Positions 1-15,930 of a stretch of 64,000 nucleotides of DNA are shown here, piece by piece. Within the stretch, counting starts at the first letter, position 1. The number at the start of each line of letters is the position of its first letter. The notes under the pieces are model-generated. The model was not told the origin of the DNA and searched no databases. It worked only from the letters and a program-made list of their open reading frames with translations. Made by a program: the position numbers and the translations under genes. Location: the NCBI RefSeq assembly GCF_009909205.1, contig NZ_JAAAPN010000005.1, positions 84,847-148,846 on the forward strand, given 5' to 3'. This DNA comes from Aquabacterium fontiphilum (GTDB lineage Bacteria > Pseudomonadota > Gammaproteobacteria > Burkholderiales > Burkholderiaceae_C).

Positions 1-647
1 AGAAGTCGGCCCTGCTGGCCGATTCGGGCCCGCTGTTCCAGGTCAACCGCACGGACAGCCCGACGGTCTCGCCCTCGGTCAAGCTGCACAACAAGATCCG
101 CGACGTCTGGGGGCTGGACGGCGCCGATGGTCTGGTGACCAAGCTGCTGACGATGTACCCCGATGCCGGCACGGCCGAAAACCTCGGCTCGCTGACCACC
201 GGCCTGGCCAAGATCTTCCCTCGGGACCGCATGAACTTCAGCGTCTTCCAGCAGGACGCCATTTATTCGGCCTTCTCGTACACGCCCTTCTACCCGGAGA
301 TCGCGGCCGCCGAGTCGGGTGTGCCGCGTGACACACTGCTCAACCAGAAGTGGGCGCCCGAGGTGAGCAAGTGGGTCAATGCGATGAAGCCGTATCCCAA
401 CGTGGGCTACTACGTGCCGTACTACCGCGATTTCCTGAAGTCGCACACGCTCACCACACTGACCTTCTCGGGTACCGCCATCAAGGAGGCCAACATCGAC
501 AACCTGAACGTTGTGTTGGACAACCTGCTCGATGGCTCGGGCACCCCGATTCGTGCGTTTGAAACCCAACGCAATCTGCAGAACACCAAGGTCCCGGGCA
601 CGCTGGATTCGTTCCTGGCCTCGGTGTACAAGGCCCTCGGCTTGTAA
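1..647 (+). CDS. C-terminal part of a hypothetical protein; the reading frame is open from nt 3 and the gene continues upstream of the window
   Basis: Frame 3 is open from position 3 to the TAA at 645-647. The track ORF 135..647 is only the portion after an internal Met. No recognisable family motif. Confidence 0.5.
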   Translation, partial: KSALLADSGPLFQVNRTDSPTVSPSVKLHNKIRDVWGLDGADGLVTKLLTMYPDAGTAENLGSLTTGLAKIFPRDRMNFSVFQQDAIYSAFSYTPFYPEIAAAESGVPRDTLLNQKWAPEVSKWVNAMKPYPNVGYYVPYYRDFLKSHTLTTLTFSGTAIKEANIDNLNVVLDNLLDGSGTPIRAFETQRNLQNTKVPGTLDSFLASVYKALGL

Positions 648-678
648 GCGAGCGGCTCTCTCTCCTCCTCGTGTTTGG

Positions 679-709
679 GCGCCGCACCCTCGGGTGTGGC
701 GCTTTTTTG
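679..709 (+). terminator. Rho-independent terminator after the first gene
   Basis: GC-rich 11-bp stem (gcgccgcaccc / gggtgtggcgc) with a tcgg loop, followed by TTTTTTG, 30 nt after the stop. Confidence 0.6.
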
Positions 710-785
710 TCGGGAAAGCCTGAGCGTGGCGCAGCGCAGCCTCGCGCTATGCTGTGGGCCGTGTACCAGAGGACATTGAACGGAG

Positions 786-1790
786 ATGCACATCTCGCCC
801 ATGCACCTGAAGATCCTGGCCTACACCCTGGAGGTGGAAGGCCATGGTGCGTCGGCCGTGCTGCAGCGTTGCGGCTACCGGGTGCTGGATGACATCGACG
901 AAGAGGGCGATTGGGTGCCCTTGGCGCGATTCGACGAGATGATGGCCGCCGCGCTGGAACACACGGGCGACCCGGCCTTCGCGCTGGTGGCGGGCAAGAG
1001 CCTGGCGCTGATGCGCTACGGGCACATGGTGCCGCTGGTGCTGTCTGCCCCCACCCTGCGCGCCGTGATTCAGGATCTGGATCGGTATGCCGCGCTGGTG
1101 CAGGACCGCTCCGAGCTGCAACTGGAAGACGCGCCACCGCATGCGCGCATCCATGTGCAGCCGCTGGTATCCGGGGGCGCCAGCGGGCACTTCCGGGCGG
1201 AGTTTGCCGTCACCAGCGCCATCCAGATGCTGCGTTTCGCCGGGGCCGATTCGGTCGACATCCTGCGGATTGACCTCGGGCTGCCCGAGCCTTCCGGCCT
1301 GCGCGCGCGCTACGAAGCCGCGCTGGGCAACCGCCTGCACTTCGGACAGGCCGAGTGGGGCGTTGTGTTCAATCGGGCATTGCTGGATCGGCCCTTGCCG
1401 GCGCACGATCCGGTGGCCTATTCTGCGGCGCGCACGCGGGCCGAGGCGGCCTTGCAGGCCGTGCAGAGTCGCTCGGACGTGGCCGAGCGCGTGCGCCAGT
1501 GGCTGGTGGCCGAGTTCCCCCGTGTGGCGGCCATTGGTGAGGCCGCCCGCCACGTCGGCGTGTCAGAGCGCACGCTGCGGCGCCAGCTCTCGGCGCTGGG
1601 CACGTCTTACATGGAACTGGTGCAACAGAGCCAGCGGCTCATGGCCGAACAGTTGCTAGCCGAGCGGCGCCTGTCGATCAAGCAGGTGGCCGATGAGCTC
1701 GGGTTTGCGTCGGTGAGCACCTTCCACCGGGCTTTTCGGCGCTGGACGGGCCATACGCCGGCCACCTGGCAGGCCGATCAAGGCGCCTGA
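786..1790 (+). CDS. AraC family transcriptional regulator with an N-terminal AraC-type ligand-binding domain
   Basis: C-terminal HTH typical of AraC/XylS (…IKQVADELGFASVSTFHRAFRRWTGHTPATW); 334 aa. Confidence 0.85.
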   Translation: MHISPMHLKILAYTLEVEGHGASAVLQRCGYRVLDDIDEEGDWVPLARFDEMMAAALEHTGDPAFALVAGKSLALMRYGHMVPLVLSAPTLRAVIQDLDRYAALVQDRSELQLEDAPPHARIHVQPLVSGGASGHFRAEFAVTSAIQMLRFAGADSVDILRIDLGLPEPSGLRARYEAALGNRLHFGQAEWGVVFNRALLDRPLPAHDPVAYSAARTRAEAALQAVQSRSDVAERVRQWLVAEFPRVAAIGEAARHVGVSERTLRRQLSALGTSYMELVQQSQRLMAEQLLAERRLSIKQVADELGFASVSTFHRAFRRWTGHTPATWQADQGA

Positions 1791-1831
1791 GCCCGGGCGG
1801 CTTGGGCGCGTCTGGCCGACAATCTCGGCCC

Positions 1832-2793
1832 ATGTGGGCCCTGATCCAACAGTTTCTGCCGTTTTTCCTGCTGGTCGCCCTGGGCTGGGCGGCCACGCGC
1901 CGTGGGCTGGTGCCGGTCGATGGCATTGCCGCGCTCAACGTCTTCGTGCTGTATTTCGGCCTGCCCGCGATGCTGTTCAGGCTGGGGTTGGGCGGCGCGC
2001 TGTTGCAGCCGGGCCTGTCGGGGCTGGTGCTGGCTTATGCGCTGGCCGGCGGGGTTGTGCTCGCGCTGGGCTTCAGGTGGGCGGCTAGGCAAAGGCTCGG
2101 CCGCATGGATGCCGGCATGGCGGCGCTTGTGACGGCTTTCCCGAACACCGGCTTCCTGGGGCTTCCGCTGCTCACTGGCTTGCTGGGCCCACAGGCAGCC
2201 GGGCCCGTGGCGGCCACCATTGCGGTCGACGTGCTGCTCTTCAGCACCTTCTGTCTGGCCTGGGGGCATGCCGGCGTGGGGCGGTGGGCGCTGTGGCCGC
2301 CGCTCGGGGGGGCGCTGCGCAATCCCTTGCTGCTGTCCATGGGGGCGGGCATGGTTTTCCAAGCGTGCGATTGGACCTTGCCGGGGCCGCTGGATGCCAC
2401 GGTGATGCTGCTTGGGCAGGCTGCTTCGCCTGCCGCGCTGTTCACGCTGGGTGCCATCCTGGCGCGCGCTGGCGTGCGCGCGCGCATGACGCATCACGTG
2501 GGGGCAGCGACTGGTTTCGCCCTGGCCTGGCCAGTCGGCGTCAAGTTGCTGGTGCATCCGGTCTTGGTCTGGGGCGCCGGCCTGGCATTGCAGGCCCTGG
2601 GGCTGCCGGTGTCCGACGCAGGGCTGTTGGCGCTGACCCTCGCGGCCGCCCTGCCTGCGGCCAGTAATGTGTCCATGCTGGCCGAGCGCGTGGGTGCCGA
2701 CACACAGGTCGTGGCCCGCATCATCCTGTGGACCACCGCGCTGGCGCTGTTGAGCCTCAGTGTGTGGGCGCCGTTGCTGGGCTTGAGCGTCGG

Positions 2794-2797
<4 letters not shown>
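1832..2797 (+). CDS. AEC (auxin efflux carrier) family permease
   Basis: Polytopic membrane protein, [19 protein letters not shown]… with about 10 predicted TM segments. Internal Met at track ORF 1802 + 30 nt chosen as the start. Confidence 0.75.
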
Positions 2798-8697
<5,900 letters not shown>

Positions 8698-8889
8698 GGT
8701 CGGCCTTGTGGGAGACAGAACGGGGCGGTGACCCCGAAGCCCGAACATTCTAGGGACCCCGCGGTGACCCTGTTTGCAGCCCACCTGTTCGAGGGCGGGG
8801 TCGCTCGCGACAAGCGCGATTCATGTCAGGATGGCGTCTGGACGGCGGGGGAGGGCTCGGTCGTCCAGCATCTGTTTGACGACATCGAC

Positions 8890-9345
8890 ATGAACAAGCG
8901 CGTTGTGATCCTGGTGGTGGCACCCGTGGTGGTGCTGGCTGTGCTGGCGGCTTATCTGACGGCCGCATGGAGCTGGAGTTATTCGTCCGGCGAGCGGGCC
9001 GGGTGGGTGCAGAAATTCTCCAAAAAAGGCTGGATCTGCAAGACCTGGGAGGGCGAACTGGCCCTGGTCTCGATGCCAGGCGCCCCGCTGGAGAAATTCA
9101 CCTTCACCGTCGTGGATGACGCCGTCGCCGAAAGCATCAACCGTGTCGTAGGCCGCCGGGTGGCGCTGCATTACGAGCAGAAGGTAGGCCTGCCGACCTC
9201 CTGCTTCGGCGACACCCGCTACTACGTCACCAAGGTGACGGTGGCCGATGACATTTCCTTGTCGCCCGGCGTGGTCATCCACCCGAACCAGGGCGTTCCG
9301 CCCGCGCCTGCCTCGTCTCCCTCTGCACCGATCGACCGGCCTTGA
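8890..9345 (+). CDS. Small membrane-anchored hypothetical protein (N-terminal TM helix, Pro/Ser-rich C-terminus)
   Basis: MNKRVVILVVAPVVVLAVLAAYL… hydrophobic anchor, in frame within track ORF 8257..9345. Divergent from the UvrA-like gene. No clear SD. Confidence 0.5.
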   Translation: MNKRVVILVVAPVVVLAVLAAYLTAAWSWSYSSGERAGWVQKFSKKGWICKTWEGELALVSMPGAPLEKFTFTVVDDAVAESINRVVGRRVALHYEQKVGLPTSCFGDTRYYVTKVTVADDISLSPGVVIHPNQGVPPAPASSPSAPIDRP

Positions 9346-9556
9346 TTCGGGGTAATCGGTCACGCTGCAGCGTGCCGATGCCCCTCAAGCTGCGCCTCGG
9401 GTGGCCGATATCCCGGCCGCAATCGCCGCGCTGCACAACGGCGCGGTCATGCGGCACCCTGCGTCCGGTGATCCCCAGGACGCATGCGGTCACGCGGAAC
9501 GACCCATGCAAACATGTGTTCCGTCACGCACGCCTGTGCGAGCCCGGAACTGATCG

Positions 9557-11488
9557 ATGTCTGCCTGGATTGCCAATCTGCCCATTCGCCACAAGTTTCT
9601 CCTGCTGTGTCTGATTGCCCTCTTCATGGTGGCCACGCCGGTCGCCCTGGTGTTGCGTGCCATGGTGCACAACCTTCAGACCATCGAAGCCGAACGGCTC
9701 GGGCTGCCGCCCACGCGTGATGTGCTCACCGCGGTCAAGCTGTTGCAGGAGCACCGCGGCCTGTCGAACGCCTATCTGAACGGCGATGATTCCCGCCTCG
9801 CTGTGCTGCAGGCCCGTCGTCGCGACGTGACAGCTGCGCTCACGCATGCTGGCGAGAGCCTGACACCGCTTCGCGACCCGGGGCCTGGCCGAGCCCTGCA
9901 GGCGCTGGCTGCAGACTGGGAGACACTGGCGCAAGAGGTGGCTCAGGGCCAGCTGGCTGCGCCCTTGAGCGTTCAGCGGCACACCGAACTGGTCATGCGG
10001 GCCATCCACCTGGTCGAGGATGTGGCGGCCGTGAGCGGCCTGTCGCTCGACCCGGAAGCAGAAAGCTACTTCCTGATCCAGGCGCTGACGCGCGACATAC
10101 CACGCCTGACCGAGCAACTCGGACTGGCCCGGGCGCGTGGCACGGCCATGCTGGTGCGTGAGGATTTTGCCCCTGAGCAGCGCCAGGCCCTTCGCGACCT
10201 GCGTCGCTGGGCGGTGACCTACGCGGACGATGCCAAACGCAATCTGGCGCGTGCGGCTGCACGCCGAGACCAGGGGGGCGATGTCTCTGAGCTTGACGCC
10301 AGGGTCCAGGCCGCGCAGTCGGCGGTGACGCGTGGCGTGGGCATCATCGATCACCTGCTCGATCCCAAGGTCGAACCGGACATGGCTTCCACAGCCTACT
10401 TTGATGCCCTGACCGAGGTCATCGCCGACCAGTTCGCGCTCAGCGAGGTGGCCATGAAGCGGCTGGGTGCGCTGCTCGACCAGCGGGCCCTCGCTCACCG
10501 CGCCGAACTGTCCGCGATGGGCGTCGTCGTGGCGCTGGCGCTCGCGCTCGGTGGCGCGGTGGCCGTTGTGGTGACCCGCACGACGACGCGGGCCATGCGC
10601 GACGCGATGCAGGCAGCGCAAGCTCTGGCCGAGGGCGACCTGACGGTGCACTTGCGCAGCAAAAGCCGTGATGAGGTGGGTCACATGGTGGATGCGCTGG
10701 GTCGGGCCGTGTACCAAATGCGCGGCACCATCGAAGGCATCAAGTCCGCCAGCGATTCGGTGGCGACGGCATCCAGCCAGATTGCGCAAGGCAACCTGGA
10801 CCTCAGCGCCCGCACCGAGAGCCAGGCATCGTCCGTGCAGCAGACAGCCTCTTCCATGGAGCAGATGGCGGGCGCGGTCGATCAGAATGCCGGCACGGCG
10901 CGCGAGGCCAACGCGCTGGCCGATGCCGCGGCCCAGGACGCGGCGCGCAGTGGCGAGGCCTTCAGCCAGGTGCTGGCCAAGATGGCCGAGATCAAGCAGA
11001 CGAGCGCGCGCATTGCTGAGATCAACGGCGTGATCGATGGCATCGCATTCCAGACCAATATTCTGGCGCTGAACGCGGCCGTGGAGGCGGCGCGAGCCGG
11101 TGAGCAGGGACGTGGTTTCGCCGTGGTGGCAGGCGAGGTGCGGACGCTGGCTCAGCGCAGCGCCCAGGCCGCACGCGAGATCAAAGGGCTGATCCACAGC
11201 AGCGTCGACAGCGTTGAGCAAGGCTACGAACTGGCCACGCACAGCAGCGCGTCGGTCGAACGCCTGATCGAGCAGGTGCAGCGCGTCAGTCAGCTGATGT
11301 CGGAAATCGCGGGTGCCAGCGTCGAGCAAAGCCATGGCATCGCGCAGGTCAACCAGGCGGTCACGATGCTGGACCAGACCACGCAACAGAACGCCGCGCT
11401 GGTCGAGGAGTCGAGCGCTGCTGCAGCCAGTCTGCATGACCAGGCTGCCCGGCTTCAATCCGCGGTGGGCCGGTTCCGCTTGGCGTGA
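9557..11488 (+). CDS. Methyl-accepting chemotaxis protein (N-terminal TM + sensor, HAMP, MCP signalling domain)
   Basis: Highly conserved MCP signalling motif …AFQTNILALNAAVEAARAGEQGRGFAVVAGEVRTLAQRSAQAAREIK…; 643 aa. Confidence 0.9.
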   Translation: MSAWIANLPIRHKFLLLCLIALFMVATPVALVLRAMVHNLQTIEAERLGLPPTRDVLTAVKLLQEHRGLSNAYLNGDDSRLAVLQARRRDVTAALTHAGESLTPLRDPGPGRALQALAADWETLAQEVAQGQLAAPLSVQRHTELVMRAIHLVEDVAAVSGLSLDPEAESYFLIQALTRDIPRLTEQLGLARARGTAMLVREDFAPEQRQALRDLRRWAVTYADDAKRNLARAAARRDQGGDVSELDARVQAAQSAVTRGVGIIDHLLDPKVEPDMASTAYFDALTEVIADQFALSEVAMKRLGALLDQRALAHRAELSAMGVVVALALALGGAVAVVVTRTTTRAMRDAMQAAQALAEGDLTVHLRSKSRDEVGHMVDALGRAVYQMRGTIEGIKSASDSVATASSQIAQGNLDLSARTESQASSVQQTASSMEQMAGAVDQNAGTAREANALADAAAQDAARSGEAFSQVLAKMAEIKQTSARIAEINGVIDGIAFQTNILALNAAVEAARAGEQGRGFAVVAGEVRTLAQRSAQAAREIKGLIHSSVDSVEQGYELATHSSASVERLIEQVQRVSQLMSEIAGASVEQSHGIAQVNQAVTMLDQTTQQNAALVEESSAAAASLHDQAARLQSAVGRFRLA

Positions 11489-11507
11489 GCGCCCCCGCGT
11501 GACATGG

Positions 11508-11531
11508 CAAGGGGCCACGCGAGGCCCCTTG
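11508..11531. terminator. GC-rich hairpin between the convergent MCP and uspA genes (possible bidirectional terminator, no clear U-run)
   Basis: caaggggcc-acgcga-ggccccttg, 9-bp perfect stem in the 55-nt convergent spacer. Confidence 0.3.
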
Positions 11532-11543
11532 CCTGGCGCTGCA

Positions 11544-11966
11544 TCAGCGCACCAGCAACACGGGCGCCTTGCAGCGCGCCAGCACCTGGTTGGTCACAGA
11601 GCCCATCACCAGGTTCATCAGGTTGCCGTGTCCGTGTGAGCCCATGATGACCATGTCGAACTTGCCTTTGTCGGCCATCTTGGCAATCACATCGGGCGCA
11701 TGACCCGTCTTGCCCACATAGGCGGTGGCCATGTCGTGCTTGGCCATGAACTTGCGGATGGGCTTGAAGACCGACTCGGCCGTGTCTTCGTAGTAGCTCT
11801 TGAGTTGGTCGGCCGGGAACATGGCCGCCGCATGGGGCGGAATCAGCGGCACCACCGTCAGCACGGTGAAATGGTGATCGCCCTTGACCCACTCGTCGTG
11901 CGTGGCCAGCCAGGCCAGCATGCGCTTGGTGTAGGGGCTGCCGTCAACGGGAAGCAGGATCTTCAT
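11544..11966 (-). CDS. Universal stress protein UspA family
   Basis: MKILLPVDGS…GSHGHGNLMNLVMGSVTNQVLARCKAPVLLVR. AAGGAA RBS 6 nt upstream of the Met at residue 97 of the track ORF. 141 aa. Confidence 0.85.
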   Translation of the reverse strand: MKILLPVDGSPYTKRMLAWLATHDEWVKGDHHFTVLTVVPLIPPHAAAMFPADQLKSYYEDTAESVFKPIRKFMAKHDMATAYVGKTGHAPDVIAKMADKGKFDMVIMGSHGHGNLMNLVMGSVTNQVLARCKAPVLLVR

Positions 11967-12034
11967 CAGCGGTTCCTTCGTCAGGTAGATGAGCCAGTGT
12001 ACGCAGCCGGCGGGGCTGGGTGCTTGATCAAGGT

Positions 12035-12898
12035 TCAGTAATGGCGTGCGGGCCGGCGAGGCACCTCCACGACCATGCATTCCTGGTACGCCTCCTGCTC
12101 GCCCTTGACCGCATAGCCTCGCGGGTTGGAGACGATGCGGCACTCCCAGGGTCGGGCCTGCTCGATGCCGCGCACGATGTGGTCGTTCGGGCAGTGCAGG
12201 TGACCATGAATCCACAGGTCGGCCAGGTGCAGCAGGTCGTCCAGCCCGTTGCAAAAACCCGCCGTGCCGGGGTTGAGACCATACCGCGGGTCATTGCTGT
12301 GCAATGTGGGCGCGAAGTGCGTGACGACCACCGTCGGGCCGTGGTGCGGCGTTTCCAGCGCGCGGCGCAGCCAGCGCTGGCAGTCGCGCGCCAGCGGCTG
12401 AATGTCTTCAGCCAGCATATGCTGCCCATTGCGCAAGGTGCTGTTCTTGCGGAGGTAGAAGTTGGCTGCGCGCAGCGCCTTGTCGAGCGCCGCCACCCGT
12501 TTGGCAGGTTGGGCTTCGCGGTCGGCCAGCGATTCGAAATCGCTCCACAGCGTGGTGCCCACGAACCGCACGTCCTCGATGACCACCGCTTCGCGCTCGA
12601 GCCAGATCAGGCCCAGCCGGGCGCAGACTTCGCGCAGGCGCTGATCGACCTCGTCGTATTCCAGCCCGTCGTACTCATGGTTGCCTGGCACGAAGACCAC
12701 ATGCTGCCATGGCGCACCCTTCAGCGGTGAGAAGCGGCCCAGGCCGAAGTCCTTGTCGCCGCGCAGCGCCAGAAGAGAACCTGGCTGATAGGAGCCGATG
12801 TCGCCTGCCAAAACCAGCACATCGGCGTCCGTGGCGGCCAGCGGGGTGAAATCCGGATACCGCTCCAGGTGCAGATCGGAAACCAGTTGCACGCGCAT
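12035..12898 (-). CDS. Calcineurin-like metallophosphoesterase
   Basis: MRVQLVSDLHLE…LVLAGDIG…GNHEYD…GHLH metal-binding motifs. Start at Met23 of the track ORF. Confidence 0.8.
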   Translation of the reverse strand: MRVQLVSDLHLERYPDFTPLAATDADVLVLAGDIGSYQPGSLLALRGDKDFGLGRFSPLKGAPWQHVVFVPGNHEYDGLEYDEVDQRLREVCARLGLIWLEREAVVIEDVRFVGTTLWSDFESLADREAQPAKRVAALDKALRAANFYLRKNSTLRNGQHMLAEDIQPLARDCQRWLRRALETPHHGPTVVVTHFAPTLHSNDPRYGLNPGTAGFCNGLDDLLHLADLWIHGHLHCPNDHIVRGIEQARPWECRIVSNPRGYAVKGEQEAYQECMVVEVPRRPARHY

Positions 12899-12912
12899 GG
12901 GCGAACGCGGGG

Positions 12913-13632
12913 TCAGTTGGCCCCGTGGCAGTGCTTGTACTTGCGGCCGCTGCCGCAGGGGCAAGGGTCGTTGCGGCCGACCTTGGGTTGCTCGCGCACC
13001 ACGGTCTCGACCTTCAGACGCTCGGCGGTGCCGATCTGCGTAAGGTCGACCACATCGAACACCAGGGCCTCAATGGCCTCGTCCAGGTTCTTGAGCGGGT
13101 GTTCCTCGTTGAGTGCCTTGGTCATGGCCTGCTGGGTTTCGTCCTGCTCGGGCAGGTGGCGCCAGATCGAATCGAGCAGATCCGGCACCCCCGGCAGCGC
13201 GGCGTCTTCCAGTTGCGGGAAGTTGGCCAGCGCCCACTCGAAACCAGCCGCCCAGTAGCCCACGCCCTGCATGGCTTCGTCGCCTTCGACGGGCTTGCCG
13301 TCGTCATCCTCGATCATGGGCACGATCGGGTCGAACCAGCCGTCTTCCAGGATGCCGCGCTGGATTTCGTTCTTGCGTCGCGTGATCAGCTCGATCAGGC
13401 GGTTGTGCTGCTCCTCGGTCCAGCCCGGGATGCCAGGCTTGGGCGCCCCTTCGGTGCCGAAGATCGGTCCGAGCCAGTCCTCCTCCGGGATCTCCACCGG
13501 CTGCACCAGCACGCCCGCCAGATAGCCGTCCAGGATCACGGCATCCACCGTCTCGTATGGTGCAGGCACGGCGGCCAGCAGCATGTCGATTTCGTGGATT
13601 TCTTCGTCGCTCAGGGCGGTCTTGGGGTTCAT
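12913..13632 (-). CDS. YecA/UPF0149-family protein with C-terminal SEC-C metal-binding motif
   Basis: C-terminus …[17 protein letters not shown] (SEC-C motif); 239 aa. Confidence 0.8.
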   Translation of the reverse strand: MNPKTALSDEEIHEIDMLLAAVPAPYETVDAVILDGYLAGVLVQPVEIPEEDWLGPIFGTEGAPKPGIPGWTEEQHNRLIELITRRKNEIQRGILEDGWFDPIVPMIEDDDGKPVEGDEAMQGVGYWAAGFEWALANFPQLEDAALPGVPDLLDSIWRHLPEQDETQQAMTKALNEEHPLKNLDEAIEALVFDVVDLTQIGTAERLKVETVVREQPKVGRNDPCPCGSGRKYKHCHGAN

Positions 13633-13739
13633 GGTGTGGAGGCGAGCCGCAAAACCCCCATTGTGCCGTTATTGCATGACCACGGAGCGCGGCGGTGGCT
13701 CCTTCGCGCGCGCCGCGATGGTGCGTGCCCCAAATCGGG

Positions 13740-14477
13740 TCAGAACTCCACGTCGAGTTCGTCGATGTCGATGGGTTCGGCCTTGGCTGCCTTGATCCAC
13801 GCCTTCATCTCGGGCTGGCCCAGCATCCGCTCGCAGTAGGCCTGGCAAACCGGATCAAGCTTGACGTCGTAGGTGGCAAAGCGGGTGCAGACCGGGGCGT
13901 ACATGGCGTCGGCCATGGTGCGTCGCGCACCAAACAGGTAAGGGCCGCCATAGGTTGCCAGACAGTCATGCCAGATGGCGACGATGCGGTCGATGTCGGC
14001 CTGCGCGCGCGACCACACCTTGAATCCCGGGAAGTGGCTGCGCAGGTTCATCGGCAGGGCCGATCGCAGCGCAGAGAAGCCCGAGTGCATTTCGCCGCAG
14101 ATGGCACGGCAGTGCGCGCGGGCCTTCACGTCTGCTGGCAACAGCCCCGCTTCGGGGCACACCTCGTGCAGGTATTCGCCAATGGCCAGTGTGTCCCACA
14201 CGCGGATGCCGTTGTGGGTGAGGCAGGGCACCAGGATGGACGACGACAGCAACAGGATTTCCGCCCGCGTGGACGGGTCGTCGGGTGGCAGCACATGTTC
14301 CTCGAAATCCAGCCCGGCAAACCGCGCCAGCAACCAGCCGCGCAGCGACCATGAGGAGTAGTTCTTGCTCGTGATGGTCAACGTGGCGCCGGCCTGCGCG
14401 GCGCTGGGCTTGCCGGCGTGCGTGGCGGCAGGCGCCTTAGGGGCGGGGCGTGCGGGCGCCTTGGCGGTTTCGGCCAT
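13740..14477 (-). CDS. Glutathione S-transferase family protein with Ala/Pro/Lys-rich N-terminal extension
   Basis: GST N-domain …TLTITSKNYSSWSLRGWLLARFAGLDFEEHVLP… GAGGAG RBS ahead of the Met at residue 49 of the track ORF. Confidence 0.8.
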   Translation of the reverse strand: MAETAKAPARPAPKAPAATHAGKPSAAQAGATLTITSKNYSSWSLRGWLLARFAGLDFEEHVLPPDDPSTRAEILLLSSSILVPCLTHNGIRVWDTLAIGEYLHEVCPEAGLLPADVKARAHCRAICGEMHSGFSALRSALPMNLRSHFPGFKVWSRAQADIDRIVAIWHDCLATYGGPYLFGARRTMADAMYAPVCTRFATYDVKLDPVCQAYCERMLGQPEMKAWIKAAKAEPIDIDELDVEF

Positions 14478-14608
14478 CGGGTCTCCTCGGTATGGGGCGG
14501 GCGCGCAGCGGCGCACAGCGGGGGGCCGTGCAAACTGCGTGCCACCCCGCGAGGCCGAAGATGGCTCGCAACTTGCTGAGACAGCGTGACCACTCCACAA
14601 GGACGCGC

Positions 14609-15859
14609 ATGCTGTACGCAAGCTATCAGGCCCAACACACTCTGCTGGAACCGTGGCGCGAACTGGCGCAGGGCACCGCAGACTGGTTGCACCGGCTGTT
14701 GCCGGATGGGCCCGCAGAGAGCGGGCTCGACGAGTGGCTGGCCGGTGGGGTGCTCGCCCGCTCGGCCGCAGCGGCCAGCGAGGTGTTCGCCCGCCTGCGC
14801 ACCACCCACCAGCGCCCGCCGTACCGGATTGAGTCGGTCGTCAGCCAGGGGCAGACGTATGCCGTCAGCGAAGAGGCGGTGCTGCGTACGCCGTTCGGCA
14901 CGCTGCTGCGCTTCCGCAAGGAGGGCGCGCCCGAGCAGCCGCGCGTTCTGCTGGTGGCGCCCATGTCGGGTCATTTCGCCACCTTGTTGCGCGACACCGT
15001 GCGCACGCTGCTGCAGGACCACGATGTCTACATCACCGACTGGCACAACGCCCGCGATGTGCCCGTGCGCCATGGTGCGTTCGGGCTGGACGATTACATC
15101 GGCCACCTGATCCGCTTTCTCGACCAGATGGGCCCGGGCGCCCATCTGATGGCGATCTGCCAGCCCTGCGTGCCGGCGCTGGCCGCCGTGGCCTTGATGG
15201 CCCAGGATGCGCATCCTGCCCAGCCTCGCAGCCTCACCTTGATGGCCGGCCCGATCGATTGCCGCATCAACCCCACCCGCGTCAATGAGCTGGCCACGGA
15301 GCGTCCCTTGAGCTGGTTCGAAGAGAACATGATCCACACCGTGCCCTGGCCCCAGCGTGGCATGGGGCGCAAGGTCTACCCAGGCTTCGTGCAGCTCACC
15401 GCCTTCATGAGCATGAACCAGGAGCGCCATGCGCAGGCCTTCCGCGACCTGTACCACGCGATTGCCGAAGGCGACCACGACCGCGTGGCCCACACCAAGG
15501 CCTTCTACGAAGAGTACTTTGCCGTGGCCGACCTGCCGGCCGAGTTCTACCTCGAGACCGTGGGCAAGGTGTTCCAGCGCTACGAGTTGGCCACCGGGGC
15601 GCTGACCTGGAATGGCACACCGGTGGAGCCGGCTGCCATCCGGCGCACCGCGCTGCTGACGGTCGAAGGCGAGCGAGACGACATCTGTTCGCTGGGCCAG
15701 ACGGTGGCAGCGCACGATCTGTGCACCAGTGTGCGCCCCTACTGGCGCCAGCACCACATCCAGACCGGCGTGGGCCATTACGGCGTGTTCAACGGCCGCC
15801 GGTGGCAAAACGAGATCTATCCGCGGGTGCGCGACCTCGTTCACCAGACCAGCCGCTGA
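14609..15859 (+). CDS. phaZ: Intracellular poly(3-hydroxybutyrate) depolymerase
   Basis: Starts MLYASYQAQHTLLEPWRE…, like PhaZ (MLYQLHE…) of Cupriavidus/Ralstonia. 416 aa. AAGGA RBS 6 nt upstream. Confidence 0.8.
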   Translation: MLYASYQAQHTLLEPWRELAQGTADWLHRLLPDGPAESGLDEWLAGGVLARSAAAASEVFARLRTTHQRPPYRIESVVSQGQTYAVSEEAVLRTPFGTLLRFRKEGAPEQPRVLLVAPMSGHFATLLRDTVRTLLQDHDVYITDWHNARDVPVRHGAFGLDDYIGHLIRFLDQMGPGAHLMAICQPCVPALAAVALMAQDAHPAQPRSLTLMAGPIDCRINPTRVNELATERPLSWFEENMIHTVPWPQRGMGRKVYPGFVQLTAFMSMNQERHAQAFRDLYHAIAEGDHDRVAHTKAFYEEYFAVADLPAEFYLETVGKVFQRYELATGALTWNGTPVEPAAIRRTALLTVEGERDDICSLGQTVAAHDLCTSVRPYWRQHHIQTGVGHYGVFNGRRWQNEIYPRVRDLVHQTSR

Positions 15860-15881
15860 AACGTGCCGGTAACGGGCCGCT

Positions 15882-15930
15882 ATGGCCCGTCGTGGCCCGT
15901 TGTGGCCCGTTGTGGCCCGTTGTGGCTCGC
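15882..15930. repeat. Tandem 10-bp direct repeat (GTGGCCCGTT, about 5 copies with degenerate ends) filling the convergent phaZ/prpE spacer
   Basis: tatggcccgtc gtggcccgtt gtggcccgtt gtggcccgtt gtggctcgc read directly; it abuts the prpE stop at 15931. Confidence 0.8.

Noticed and set aside
8698-8889. LexA/SOS box upstream of the UvrA-like gene
   Set aside because: Searched the divergent spacer for CTGT-N8-ACAG. Only CTGT-N8-CACC (ctgtttgcagcccacc) was found, a partial match and not a credible SOS box.
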